A stretch of 63,958 nt of DNA, filler included, from Octopus bimaculoides (GCF_001194135.2; 8 parts of 8 records of this genome joined end to end with filler, not necessarily neighbours in it); one strand, 5' to 3'; shown: positions 26,455-39,488, counted from the first letter of the whole stretch. Made by a program: numbers and translations. Notes: generated by a model not told the origin, from the sequence alone.

Positions 26455-27480
26455 TTTTTGGATTGGCTCAGGTTCGGTTATATTCCTGATAGGAATTATG
26501 TTGATAGCGAGTTCCTACCTGCAACCTTAGGCATCCACAAGCTTTCAGAAGTTTTTTAAGTGCTTAGAACCCACCTGATAATCATTGCTATCCCTAAGAG
26601 ACTAACTTTCTTTACGGGCTCTGCCGGACATTCTATTTCAATCTCCTTCAGCCATTTGTCCTTATCTTGGTTTACTATTCCCAAAGCACCAATTATTATA
26701 GGCACGACCTTTATTGTTCTCATGCTCCAAATTCTTCCTATTTCAAGTTTTAAGACATTGTATTTTTTCGTCCTCTTTCTTTACGATCCTGGTATCAAAC
26801 GGGCATGATGGGTCAGGTAGTAAGCAACTTTGCTTTTCATTATCTATAATTCTTATGTCTGGTCTATTATTTTCTAACTTCCTGTCTATTTCAATAGCAA
26901 TGTCCTACAGAACCTTACATTTCTCCGATTCCAGTATTCTTCCGACTCGATGATTGTACCATGTGTTTCCAGCTTCAAATGTCCATTTCTGGCAAAGTTT
27001 CTAGTGTAAAACCTTTTAAAACCTGGTCGTGCTTCCATTTCTTATATTCTTCCTGTGCCAACTTGGGACATTCTCTCACAATGTGTGCCACTCTCTCGTT
27101 CCAGGTTCTACAGGCTCTACATTTTTCTTTTATTTTACACATTCTCTCCATACATATTTTTTCTCAAGTTGTTTGTTCTTATCGCTTCATCTTGAGCTGC
27201 TACAATTAGACTCTCTGTTTCTTTTTTTAATTGCCCTCTTTTTTAACCAAGCCCAAGATTTTGTTCCACTTACATCTTCAGTAGCGCTTCAAAGTTGGCC
27301 ATGCAGAGGTTTCTCTTCGATCTGTCTGACGTGTACCCATTGTATTTCATTCATGTCCTGTTCTCTTATTGCACCACTACAGCCACCACCGTTTGCCGCT
27401 TTATTACGTCATTATTACGTAATCAGCTTCATTGTAAACCCAGACCGTTTTTAACTAATTTGTTCTTATAACAATTCTCC
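26455..27480 (-). mobile_element. R4/Dong-like LINE 3' part (CCHC knuckle plus restriction-like endonuclease)
   Basis: LKKETESLIVAAQDEAIRTN, CRAC..VAHIVRECPKLAQEEY, NNRPDIRIID, VVPIIIGALG; the 3' end abuts a TAA-type tract. Confidence 0.88.
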
Positions 27481-27517
27481 TCCTTCGCTCCTTATGACAT
27501 TTAAACTTATTATTATT

Positions 27518-28051
27518 GAGCGAGAGAGCAGCGCATGCCATCAAATAGACACTGGGGTAAAGTATACGAAGCCCATTATACCCATCATGACTACCTGTCT
27601 GATAAGGGTACACCAAGCACATGCATCACAACCAAATGCACGCAACATGCTGATCTCATATCAAGATAAACAGCGCATGACCTCGCAGGTGGGACCCAGT
27701 TAGAATTTCCTTCAGGTCGAGTAGACCATCCCACTCAAAAGGTCCCTGAATAAGGGTTGTTTAAGGATTTCAACAAAACACTCATGCTTTCAGAAGAGAA
27801 TTATTCAAACGCCGAAGAATTCATCTCAACACATGGCTATGATGCTCCCCAACGATATGTTCCCAGAGATGCACATATCGTAAAACCACCAAAGGACATG
27901 CTCAATTAGTTAAGGTCAAACAACTGACAAGCAAATCTGTGGTATTGAGCAGAATATTTACTGTAGCCTATCTTTTGTACCAAGACAAAACATGACAACA
28001 CTTCCAATCAGTAAAGATCAGAAGCTATGAGAGCCATTGCTTATTATGATC

Positions 28052-28052
<1 letters not shown>
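27518..28052. repeat. Unclassified non-coding segment between TAA tracts, probably an interspersed repeat
   Basis: More GC-rich than its surroundings, no recognisable ORF, bounded by ttattattatt (27507-27517) and (TTA)n (28053). Confidence 0.4.
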
Positions 28053-28111
<59 letters not shown>

Positions 28112-28431
28112 GCCTTTGCACAGCTTCTAACGCTGGAGGTGTACTACGGTGCCAGCTGTTCACTACCAGTGAACTAAGGTAACACCTCTTATTTTTCGAG
28201 CAGTTCCAAGCAGTGCTGTTTTCTGAAAAAGCTCGACCCTTATTGCAGCCCCTATTTGTTCCATGTACTTCTCGAGATTTTTGCTCACTGTTCCCAGGGC
28301 TCCGACAATTATTGATACTACTGCTACTTTTTTCATTGACCACAACTGCTTAACTTCCCAAGCTAACCTGTCATGTCTATCAACTTTTCTTTCTTCCTTA
28401 TCGAATACCTTGTTGTTAGCTGGGCATTCTA
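28112..28431 (-). mobile_element. R4/Dong-like LINE 3' end
   Basis: LAWEVKQLWSMKKVAVVSIIVGALGTVSKNL..FQKTALLGTARKIR; (TAA)n on both sides. Confidence 0.85.
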
Positions 28432-28450
28432 TATTATTATTATTATTATT

Positions 28451-28576
28451 TTATGTTTGACTTTTGTTTTGCATTTGTACAAGTTGGATCCAAGTCTCAC
28501 CCAGAGACCTCAAGAGACAACAAGTTAGAAGTTCATGTAGGTGTTATGCCTAGGGTACCATATATTTGGATTTGTA

Positions 28577-28577
<1 letters not shown>
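28451..28577 (-). mobile_element. Probable 3' UTR fragment of another TAA-tailed LINE
   Basis: Short segment bounded by (TAA)n tracts at 28432-28450 and 28578-28624. No decisive coding motif. Confidence 0.4.
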
Positions 28578-28624
<47 letters not shown>

Positions 28625-28781
28625 CATTAGCTTTTACTTTTAATCTGCATATTTGTTACAATCACTTGCTAACATACGCCCAGCGTCCTGGGGCGAGTGA
28701 AGGATAAGAGATGTTACAATTTGACTGAAAGCTTGGGGAGAGGAAGTGACAGGGGCAGTAGCGAAATATCTTCATGTAATA

Positions 28782-28782
<1 letters not shown>

Positions 28783-28858
<76 letters not shown>
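28783..28858. repeat. (TTA)n microsatellite
   Basis: Read directly; similar tracts at 28053-28111, 28432-28450 and 28578-28624. Confidence 0.98.
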
Positions 28859-28859
<1 letters not shown>

Positions 28860-29640
28860 TCAGGTTTTGTTGAACTTCTGGAGTTTTGCATGTGTAGACG
28901 TGTAGCGGGCTTGCTACTTGCAGCCTATGGTACCATGATATCAGTTTTTTTTCAACTACCGAATACTTTCCTGATTATTCTGGCTGTGCCACGGAGGCAA
29001 ACCTTTTCTAATAGTTCTGCTGAGTACTCTATTCCGATTTCCTTTCTATTTCTCTTTATACCTTTCGATACCGAGTCCAAGGACCCAATAATAATTGGCA
29101 CTGTCTTCACCTTCTTCATTTTCTACAATCGAGCTATTTCGTATTAAAGAGAGTTCCATATATGTATACTTCTTCGTCCCCCTTCTTTGACAGTTCGTGT
29201 GTCAAAGAAGCACGCAACGTCAATTATGGATCACATGTCGTTCGCCTTGTCCACCATCACCAAGTCCAGCTTGTGCTCAAGCACCTCGTCTGTTTGGATG
29301 GGGAAACCCCACAAGATTTTGCAAGTCTCCGACGCCGTCAATCTTTGTGGGTTGTTCTCATACCACATCTTACCCCACCTCTCTCTCCAGCCCCCACTTT
29401 TCACAAAGTTTCCAATGTGGCACTTTCGCTACATCATCGTGTTGCTCCGACTTGTAGTAGTTTGGGGCAAGTCGAGGGTATTCGTTCGCAACATGGGCAA
29501 TGGTTTCGTCAGCTCCATTACAGATTAGCCACAGTGGAGACGCTCATTCTTAAGCTTGACCCTCCAATTTGTGGTCAAAGCTTGGTCTTGCGCTGCCAGT
29601 ATTATTATTCCAGATCTTTGTCTTTAGAGAGTCTCTCCAC
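28859..29640 (-). mobile_element. R4/Dong-like LINE 3' part
   Basis: ILAAQDQALTTN, ETIAHVANEYPRLA, HWKLCEKW, ILWGFPIQTDEVLEHKLDLVMVD, GALDSVSKG..KVCLRGTARIIRKV; followed by (TAA)n at 28783-28858. Confidence 0.88.
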
Positions 29641-29679
29641 TTCCTTTAGAGATACACTGCATCTTTTGAAATAAATGTC

Positions 29680-30650
29680 ATTCAACGAACAATATACAAT
29701 GAACAGCGTAAAGTAAACAACACACAGTAAACATAAACAATACAGTTTAATAAGAACAACACACATTGAACCGCAAACAGTAAACACCATACATTGAATA
29801 ATTTTCAATGAACAGTTTATAATGAACAACAAAGAGTAAACGACTTCAAGTAAACACCCTATACTAAATGAATTTAAAGACAGTAAATAACTTACTCAGG
29901 ACAATATACATTTGTGTTATGGAATTGTGGCACTCCGTCGGTTACGACGACGAGGGTTCCAGTTGATCCGCTCAACGGAACAGCCTGCTCGTGAAATTAA
30001 CGTGCAAGTGGCTGAGCACTCCACAGACACGTGTACCCTTAACGTAGTTCTTGGAGAGATTCAGGGTGACACAGAGTGTGACAAGTCCTGCCCTTTGAAA
30101 TACAGGTACAACAGAAACAGGAAGAAAGAGTGAGAGAAAGTTGTGGTGAAAGAATACAGCAGGGTTCGCTACCATTCCCTGCCAGAGTTACGTGGAGCTT
30201 TAGATGTTTTCACTCAATAAACACTCACAATGCCCAGTCTGGGAATCGAAACTGCGATCCCATGACCGTGAGTCCGCTGCCCTAACCACTGGGCCATTGC
30301 GCCTCCACATTATGGAATAAACATCATACAATGAACAATTCTAACTGAACAACTTATAGTAAACATCACACAGTAGACAATATAAATTTCAAACAATGAA
30401 CAACAGATAGTAAACATTTTACTCAGAACAATATACATTGAACACGATGCTATAACATCATACAATGAACAACTTTCAGTAGACATTATATAATGAACGA
30501 CAGATTGCCAAAAACACACAGTATACAACGTAACAATAAACAACAGACGGTAAACGCCTACACAGTAAACAGTCATAGTAAATAACATTCGATAAATAAC
30601 AAATAGTAAATGGCATACAATAAAATACACGATTAACAAGATTCTATAAA
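29680..30650. repeat. Degenerate 7/14-bp periodic satellite interrupted by a SINE3 copy
   Basis: Units such as acagtaa/acaacac/atagtaa/ataacaa lie on both sides of the insertion. Confidence 0.65.
29926..30309 (-). mobile_element. tRNA-derived SINE family 3, full length with 9-bp TSD
   Basis: A-box tggcccagtgg, B-box gtttcgattcc; TSD ttatggaat at 29917-29925 and 30310-30318. Confidence 0.9.
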
Positions 30651-30989
30651 CGATTCCAAAAGTTCATGCGTGTGTTTTCCTACCATTTTCTTCCCAAATA
30701 TAAGATCATTTGAAGCTGTTATCCGTCGCAAAAGGATACCAATTTAAGAAAGAATGTCTAGAAAGATATCTTCTGCCAAAGAATATATTAACATCACTAC
30801 ACAACCGCCAGTTCAAATATTTATAGCCACAACGGAATGGTTAGCCATTCTACTGGCTTGGAAATTGGCAGCAATTTCTGATGACGGCTTCAATGGAATC
30901 TTTGATAGAATGAAATTTTCTTGGCAGGAATTACACACTCGCGCGCGCTCGTATACACGCAAACTCGCACACAGACACGCGCACGCAAA

Positions 30990-31340
<351 letters not shown>

Positions 31341-31710
31341 CACATACACAACCACATAGGTGTCTGAATACGTCCGAATGTACATCGGTACATATATTTT
31401 TAAATGTTTTATCCAAACATGTGAGCATGCATACGTAAGACGTTTTAACTGTATAAATACACTGTAAATATAAATATTACATTATATATGTGTGTATATA
31501 TACGACCGTACGACCATCTGTACGCATAGAATCAACATTTTTTTTCTGTTTGTTTTATCTTACATCTATCTGAAAGTTTTACTGAGTAAATAAATGTATA
31601 CAAGCTTATACGAATGTGTGAGTGTATGTTTGTGTTAAACCATTGAAACTTGTATGAAAGTATTGAAAAAACGTATACACCTACGGGTACACGTACATAT
31701 ATTATGCACA

Positions 31711-31754
<44 letters not shown>

Positions 31755-32034
31755 GATACATGTATATGTGTATGTATGCAGATAAAGTTATGCTAATATA
31801 TGCATTTTTATATATCCACACACAAACACACGTATATATATATACATATGCCTACATACATGTATATGTGTTAAATAATGTTTTAAATGCGAAAACAGCG
31901 AATAGCAACAAGACATAAAATAAAAGACATTTCATGTAAAGAGCATAAGATTTATTATAACATTGTTGACAGAGACTTCGGAATTTCGTTAGCGTTGGCT
32001 TGAGAAACTTCGAAGATCCTGTCAACATTTTGAT

Positions 32035-32190
32035 TTCAAATTTTTGTCACAAGACCAGCAAGTTCGGGGCGGAGTGGAGGTAAGTCGATTACATTGACTC
32101 CAGTGTTCAACTGGTACTTATTTTATCGACCCCGAAAGGATGAAAGAGCGACTCGACCTCGGAGGAATTTGAACTCAAAACGTAGACAGA
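32035..32190 (-). mobile_element. SINE family 1
   Basis: Core motif atcgaccccgaaaggatgaaag. Confidence 0.8.
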
Positions 32191-33429
32191 CAAACTGAAC
32201 TGGAAGCCATGTGGGTGCAAAGCGAGCCTCATAAGCGCGCAACCAGTTTTTACGAATGATGTCTCAAGCATCCTCAGTAGATACACTGATACGTTGTTCA
32301 GTATGTGGAAGTCCAAAACACACACGCACGCACGCACATTCACACTAATACACACGTATACACTCACTCACACGCGTGTGCTCACTTACTGTTAAAGTAT
32401 TTATAAATCGGCTGCTGTTTGTAGCCTTTTAAATACATCTCTTTCATTCGGTTGTCGAAGGATACTCAGAACTACGACCTAAGCGCTGGATTCGGCCAAC
32501 TGATAATTCTCATCTGGATATTAAACAGCCTCACTTTTATCCCAACCTATTTTAGACATGTGAGCTATTATGGGGTCACTTGAATTAGCAGCAAAACCTC
32601 CAGTAAACCACACCTTAGCATAAAATAAAGGGAACATATAAAATAATGTATTTCGAATTGCACAATGTTTAATAAACTTGACGTAACGGTCACGGCTGGA
32701 ATACATTTGACCATAAGTCTTCTTATGACGGCTGATTCGTGCTTAAACATCTGTATGTGAAATACTTCACTAATAAGTCTGTATCTCACCTCTTCTTCGT
32801 CCCTTTCCTTCATACGAATCACTTTAGATATTTTTCTTCGTTTCTGGAATCCCAATTCGACGTCGTCCGTTACAAACATGTAATTAAGGCGCTAAACATG
32901 GCTGACAATGTTAGACAGGCTTTGAAACTAAAATAACATGTTTACACAAGTCGTTAAAATTCCACAAATAATACAGACTTGTTTACCGTGGGGAAGCGAG
33001 AATCGTAGTGTCCGAATCGGCAGAGCTTACATATTCTCAATTCTTCAAACGGCACACGAAAATTTTTTACGAATTTTATTGTTTACTGTTTATTGTTGTT
33101 GTTGATTTTCGTTTTCTCTGATGCAGACGATAACTAATTTCAGCAAATTTTCTTTTTCTTTACAGAATCCATTGTTTTTTATTTTTTTCAGATGCCAGCT
33201 TCTAACTTAAAATATTACCTGAGATATAGTATTCGATAGAAGGCTAAAGTTTTTTATGAAATAATATTTTGTTTATAAATTCTCTACTTTCAAAGTTTTT
33301 AATGGTGTGACAGTTATAAAGAAGATAATTTGAACTGTTCAAAATATACCAATCAACAAATATTAACGATAAAAGATTTTAAGTAAAATAAAATTTTAAG
33401 TTACATATAAATAATACTTTAATACAAAT

Positions 33430-33642
33430 ATTGGTTTCACATTTTAGCACAAGGCTAGCAGTTTTGAGGGGAGGGGAAGTCGATTCCATCGACCCCCAGG
33501 GCTCAACTGGCATCTATTTTATCAACCTCGAAAGGATGAAAGGCAAAGTCAACCTCGGCAAAATCTGATCTCAGAATATAAAGACGTATGAAATGCTGCT
33601 AAGCATTTTGTCCGGCCTGCTAGTGATTCTGCCAGCTCAGCT
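33430..33642 (-). mobile_element. SINE family 1
   Basis: Core and head recognisable. Confidence 0.8.
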
Positions 33643-34689
33643 AAAGAATAATTTGAATAAAGGGTAAATAATAGTGAAACTAAACAATAATATAAGTGAT
33701 ATATTTCATAATTCCATAATTTGAAGAACTTCCTTCCGTGGCCAAAAAAATGATAATTTATAGAATGCACACAGCACAGTGAGAATCCAAACAATAACGT
33801 TTCTATTCATTTGAAACACGTTCTGTGAATATCTGATCGCTGTTGGTTTTCGTCACCGGAGGACGGCTCCTTTCTTAATACAAAAGAACGGATACGTCAT
33901 TGTTTCGATTCCTACTGTTCTGTTCGTACCCCATAAATTATTATCTATTTGACAGACATCAACATGCATCAGAAGATAGTGTGTCTGTTGATTTCTATAA
34001 ACAAGGGATCGTGTCCGTGTCAGATTCATTATTCTAGCAATGTGGTAGCGTACGTGAAGAGACACATAACGAGGTCGAAACATCATGACGTCACGAAGTT
34101 TCTTTAAACCGGGGAACCAGTAAATCACGTGTGCTATGAATACACATCGCCCAAAGAGAAGAGGCACTTTCTGGCGATCAGATATTCACATTCGAATCTG
34201 CTAAAACATACTAATAATGTACTTCTGGTGTTATTTTCTAAACACAGTTTCGGAGATTCGGACCAAACTTCCAAATTCGGTCACCAAGACAACAGCACTG
34301 TGGCACACACGGCTAAAATGTTGTTCAAATGTCAGTGTAATGGGATGCAGTATCTGATCACCAATAGCTTTGTTTCCTGGAACTAATATAACCCATGATG
34401 TCTCTCAAGAGTCACTGCCTGAATCCTATTTTTATTGATGTTCCACAAAAACGTTATGCATATCATCACAAACTTATCTCTCGAATATTCTGAAGATACA
34501 GCTGCTGTCGTTTCAAGATAGTTTTATAATATTCCATCTATTAAATATTTTAACACTAACTTAACCATTGTTTTTCATGTTGATAGCGTCTCTAAGTTAG
34601 TTCTTTTATCAGTAATTTTTTTTCCAATAAGTGTATGTTATTGTTTATTTATTTAGTAATTCAACAAGTTCAGAATTCGAAGAGATGTG

Positions 34690-34731
34690 CTTCGCTGATG
34701 TAGTCATGATGAGACCGAAACATGTTCAAAG
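34690..34731 (+). ncRNA. Decayed hammerhead-like motif
   Basis: cuucg CUGAUGU A GUC-augauga-GAC c GAAA CAUG U U caaag. Confidence 0.35.
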
Positions 34732-34883
34732 TTCTCTTCTGTAGTTGCCGAAATAATTAAAACAATATTAATTATTGATTAATATTGCTATTTTCGCCAC
34801 CACATAATTATTTATAATATTCCATATATCAAATATTATATGAAAATTAACTATCTTACTCTCTTTTTCTTTCCTACCCTTCA

Positions 34884-34924
<41 letters not shown>

Positions 34925-35037
34925 TCAGTAAATAGTGGGGTTGTGTTAACCGCACGTGGAGAAATAATAGGAAAATGAAAAAAAGCCAGAATGCTGAACT
35001 GGAAGCATAATTTAATAAAGATTTTTTCTAACCGGTT

Positions 35038-35120
35038 TTCATTGCGAAGAAGCAAATTATCAAGAAGAAAAAAACATTTTCATTCTCCTTCTTCTTGATA
35101 ATTTGCTTCTTCGCAATGAA
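35038..35120. repeat. Perfect 32-bp inverted repeat with a 19-nt loop
   Basis: ttcattgcgaagaagcaaattatcaagaagaa and its exact reverse complement at 35089-35120. Confidence 0.9.
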
Positions 35121-36799
35121 NNNNNNNNNNNNNNNNNNNNNNNNNNNNNNNNNNNNNNNNNNNNNNNNNNNNNNNNNNNNNNNNNNNNNNNNNNNNNNNN
35201 NNNNNNNNNNNNNNNNNNNNNNNNNNNNNNNNNNNNNNNNNNNNNNNNNNNNNNNNNNNNNNNNNNNNNNNNNNNNNNNNNNNNNNNNNNNNNNNNNNNN
35301 NNNNNNNNNNNNNNNNNNNNNNNNNNNNNNNNNNNNNNNNNNNNNNNNNNNNNNNNNNNNNNNNNNNNNNNNNNNNNNNNNNNNNNNNNNNNNNNNNNNN
35401 NNNNNNNNNNNNNNNNNNNNNNNNNNNNNNNNNNNNNNNNNNNNNNNNNNNNNNNNNNNNNNNNNNNNNNNNNNNNNNNNNNNNNNNNNNNNNNNNNNNN
35501 NNNNNNNNNNNNNNNNNNNNNNNNNNNNNNNNNNNNNNNNNNNNNNNNNNNNNNNNNNNNNNNNNNNNNNNNNNNNNNNNNNNNNNNNNNNNNNNNNNNN
35601 NNNNNNNNNNNNNNNNNNNNNNNNNNNNNNNNNNNNNNNNNNNNNNNNNNNNNNNNNNNNNNNNNNNNNNNNNNNNNNNNNNNNNNNNNNNNNNNNNNNN
35701 NNNNNNNNNNNNNNNNNNNNNNNNNNNNNNNNNNNNNNNNNNNNNNNNNNNNNNNNNNNNNNNNNNNNNNNNNNNNNNNNNNNNNNNNNNNNNNNNNNNN
35801 NNNNNNNNNNNNNNNNNNNNNNNNNNNNNNNNNNNNNNNNNNNNNNNNNNNNNNNNNNNNNNNNNNNNNNNNNNNNNNNNNNNNNNNNNNNNNNNNNNNN
35901 NNNNNNNNNNNNNNNNNNNNNNNNNNNNNNNNNNNNNNNNNNNNNNNNNNNNNNNNNNNNNNNNNNNNNNNNNNNNNNNNNNNNNNNNNNNNNNNNNNNN
36001 NNNNNNNNNNNNNNNNNNNNNNNNNNNNNNNNNNNNNNNNNNNNNNNNNNNNNNNNNNNNNNGGAGAGAGGGGAAAGAGAAATGAAGGTATGTATGTTGT
36101 AAGCCACAACACCACCTAGGTTACGCGACTATTTTTCCAAAGAGACACATGAAAAAACATATTCCTAATTTTTTTAAAAAATTATCTGTACTTTTTTTTT
36201 TAAATCACATTTTGTATGTGTAACCACTGTTTGTGTGAGAGTGGGTGCCCGAGATTAAATCAATTTATGATTAACGAATGTTATCCATTCATGTTCTTTA
36301 TTTTATTCACCTCGTAACACTATAAATATGCTGCATCAGTGTTTCCGCCATGTTTGTACTACCCGGAGGAAGACGCGAGGAATCGCAACCATTTCCTTAA
36401 TATAAAATTTCAACACTGAACGGTAAGTTTCTTAATTTGATTCACATTCATTTGTCAATTTAGTTGATTGAAACCGCGTTTCCTTGTTTCATTTCTACGC
36501 AAATATTTAAAAGAATGTTTCCGAAAGTGATTCAATGCAATATTAATCTCAGCTCTCCAAGTCCCGGTTTCAAACTCAGCCAAAGAAGCACCTGTGATAT
36601 CAAGTTATTACCTATATCTCAAAACAGCAACAACTTAAATACCTGTAATGTTGAAAGCTATAATTTTACTTGTTTTTCGATGCATCACAAATATGGGTCA
36701 TTGATTCCACAAACGTCAAATATAGAATTAAGTCGACCAAACATATTCGATTGGGACAAAATTAACGCAAGCAATTATGTTGTTGTTTGTTCCTTCTCG

Positions 36800-37057
36800 A
36801 GCCATGCCTGGCTCATAAGGGCCGGTTTCCCGGTTTCATCGGCGTTTTGGTTCCCCACCTGGACGGGACGCCGGTCCGGCGCAGGTGAGCTGCTAAATGC
36901 AGGAGGAAAGTGTGAGACAAAGTTGTGGCGAAAGAGCCAGCAAAAGTTTGCCGTTACCTTCTGTTGGAGCCACGTGGAGCTTAGGTGTTTCGCTCATAAA
37001 CACACACATCACTCGGTTTGAGATTCGAACCCGCTGCTCTAGGCCACATGCCTCCAC
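36800..37057 (-). mobile_element. SINE family 3-related copy
   Basis: cacgtggagcttaggtgtttcgctcataaacacac...gagattcgaaccc. Confidence 0.7.
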
Positions 37058-37967
37058 ACAAGCAATTATCCACTAACTAAATGTCTTTCAGAAGTATTAA
37101 ATATATGGCAAGACTTACTTTTGTAGTCCGACTAAAACACCTCTTTTAAAATTTTTTTTCCTACACAAACCCTCGTTTTCAGCTACGGAGAATACGAATC
37201 TGCCCAAATTCTTCATTTTTAACATTTTTTAGAATTTTTTTTTTTTTTTTAAATATGCGGAAAAATACGGAGATTATGATTCCGAAAAAAATTTCCCCAA
37301 ATTTTTCTNNNNNNNNNNNNNNNNNNNNNNNNNNNNNNNNNNNNNNNNNNNNNNNNNNNNNNNNNNNNNNNNNNNNNNNNNNNNNNNNNNNNNNNNNNNN
37401 NNNNNNNNNNNNNNNNNNNNNNNNNNNNNNNNNNNNNNNNNNNNNNNNNNNNNNNNNNNNNNNNNNNNNNNNNNNNNNNNNNNNNNNNNNNNNNNNNNNN
37501 NNNNNNNNNNNNNNNNNNNNNNNNNNNNNNNNNNNNNNNNNNNNNNNNNNNNNNNNNNNNNNNNNNNNNNNNNNNNNNNNNNNNNNNNNNNNNNNNNNNN
37601 NNNNNNNNNNNNNNNNNNNNNNNNNNNNNNNNNNNNNNNNNNNNNNNNNNNNNNNNNNNNNNNNNNNNNNNNNNNNNNNNNNNNNNNNNNNNNNNNNNNN
37701 NNNNNNNNNNNNNNNNNNNNNNNNNNNNNNNNNNNNNNNNNNNNNNNNNNNNNNNNNNNNNNNNNNNNNNNNNNNNNNNNNNNNNNNNNNNNNNNNNNNN
37801 NNNNNNNNNNNNNNNNNNNNNNNNNNNNNNNNNNNNNNNNNNNNNNNNNNNNNNGGGAGATTTATTTTTCTGATAATCCTTTCAGCTAAGATTGTTTACG
37901 ACAAAACCCGTTTAAAAGGTGTTTATAAACGTTTAAGCGGATAATTATTAATATTAATATTATTGAC

Positions 37968-38140
37968 AGAGTCGTTAGCACACCGGGTGTCATATTCTGA
38001 GTTCAAATTCCGCCGAGGTCGACTTTGCCTTTTATCCTTTCGGAGTCGATGAAATAAGTACCAGTCACGCACTGGGGTCGATGTGATCGACTTAATCCCC
38101 TCCCGCAAGCTGCCCTTGTGGTAAAAATTTGTTATCATTA
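37968..38140 (+). mobile_element. SINE family 1
   Basis: gagttcaaattccgccgaggtcgactttgcc. Confidence 0.85.
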
Positions 38141-38179
38141 TTATAATTTTATTGGCAGGCCTTTCCGAGAAACTTTAGC

Positions 38180-38302
38180 GGCGAAGGTAAAGAATACTTA
38201 CATCCGGTGGTTAGGTTTTAGGGTTAGGGTTTAGGGTCAGTTTTAGGGTTGGGGTTTTTGTTTCACCGAAAACCGGTGGTGTACGTATTCTTTACCTCAG
38301 TC
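38180..38302. mobile_element. 123-bp MITE with TIRs, 8-bp TSD and internal TTAGGG-like repeats
   Basis: aggtaaagaatac / gtattctttacct sit 5 nt inside each end; actttagc at 38172-38179 and 38303-38310. Confidence 0.7.
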
Positions 38303-39488
38303 ACTTTAGCAACTTCATCATAAATGTGAAAACAAGTGTGGTTATTAAAAAAAAAAAAAAAAAAGACAAACTGATCCGCTAAGAATCTTGCTCCCAATGT
38401 TTTCTGCATCGATCGTTTGGCAGAATCGTTTTGAATTGGGACAAAATGCCTGGAGGTGATTAGTTATTCCTGGAAGTAATTAATCATTCCTCTTTACGTC
38501 CTGAGTTCAAAAAGAAAAAAAACTAAGGGGTCAGTTTAATTACCTATACTCTCTCCAAAATATGGGGCCTTGTGTCTATAGTAGACATCAATATATAGTT
38601 TCACTCTTAAGAAAAGCTGTTTACAACGGAGTTGAAATTAGATTGCGAGTTCGAATTCCTCCGAAGTATTTGTATCTTGTCCTTTCAAATTCATTGAAAT
38701 AAAGAACCAGCGACGTATTAAGGTAAATGCAATCATCAATAGATGAGAAGACATTGCTGTTGGGAGGAATCGAAAGACAATATCGCAGGAGGGAGAAATG
38801 GCAACTGTTTCCACCGACAAAATCAATATGTAAAATCGATACTGAAAGAATCAAAGAAACATTGAACAAATATTGTATTTCGTATTAAATCAAATTTAGT
38901 NNNNNNNNNNNNNNNNNNNNNNNNNNNNNNNNNNNNNNNNNNNNTTAATTAATTAANNNNNNNNNNNNNNNNNNNNNNNNNNNNNNNNNNNNNNNNNNNN
39001 ACCACCACCACCACCACCACCACCACTACTACCAACAACTAATCAAAGAGCTACAAGAACAACAAATGCAACAACGTTGCTAGATTATTTTGTCTTTCGG
39101 TATTTTTGTCTGAGTTGAAAACACTTAGCTTCTGTACCGTGAGGTTATCTGAGTGATTCGCTGTGGCTCTGCATTTTTGTACTCAGAGATATACATATGC
39201 TAGTGTCTGGCATACCTGCTATTTCACAGACACACACACACACACACACACAAACACATACACACACACTCACATGTGCATGCACAATCAGACACATACA
39301 AGTGTAGACATTTATATGTATAGAGATGTGTAAATATACAACGAAAACATCCAGGAAACTCACACATGTTTATGTATATATATGTATGTATGTACACGCA
39401 CACACACACACATATATATATGCATAGACACACACGCACTTACACTCAAAGATACATGCATGCATACGCATATACACATACATAGATG

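Noticed and set aside
30225-30308. tRNA-like sequences with A/B boxes (here and in other SINE heads)
   Set aside because: They do not close a cloverleaf and continue into SINE bodies, so they are not tRNA genes.
36320-36430. TATAAATA, TCAGT, gccATG and a GTAAGT donor
   Set aside because: TATA-to-initiator spacing is too short and the ORF stops after 16 codons.
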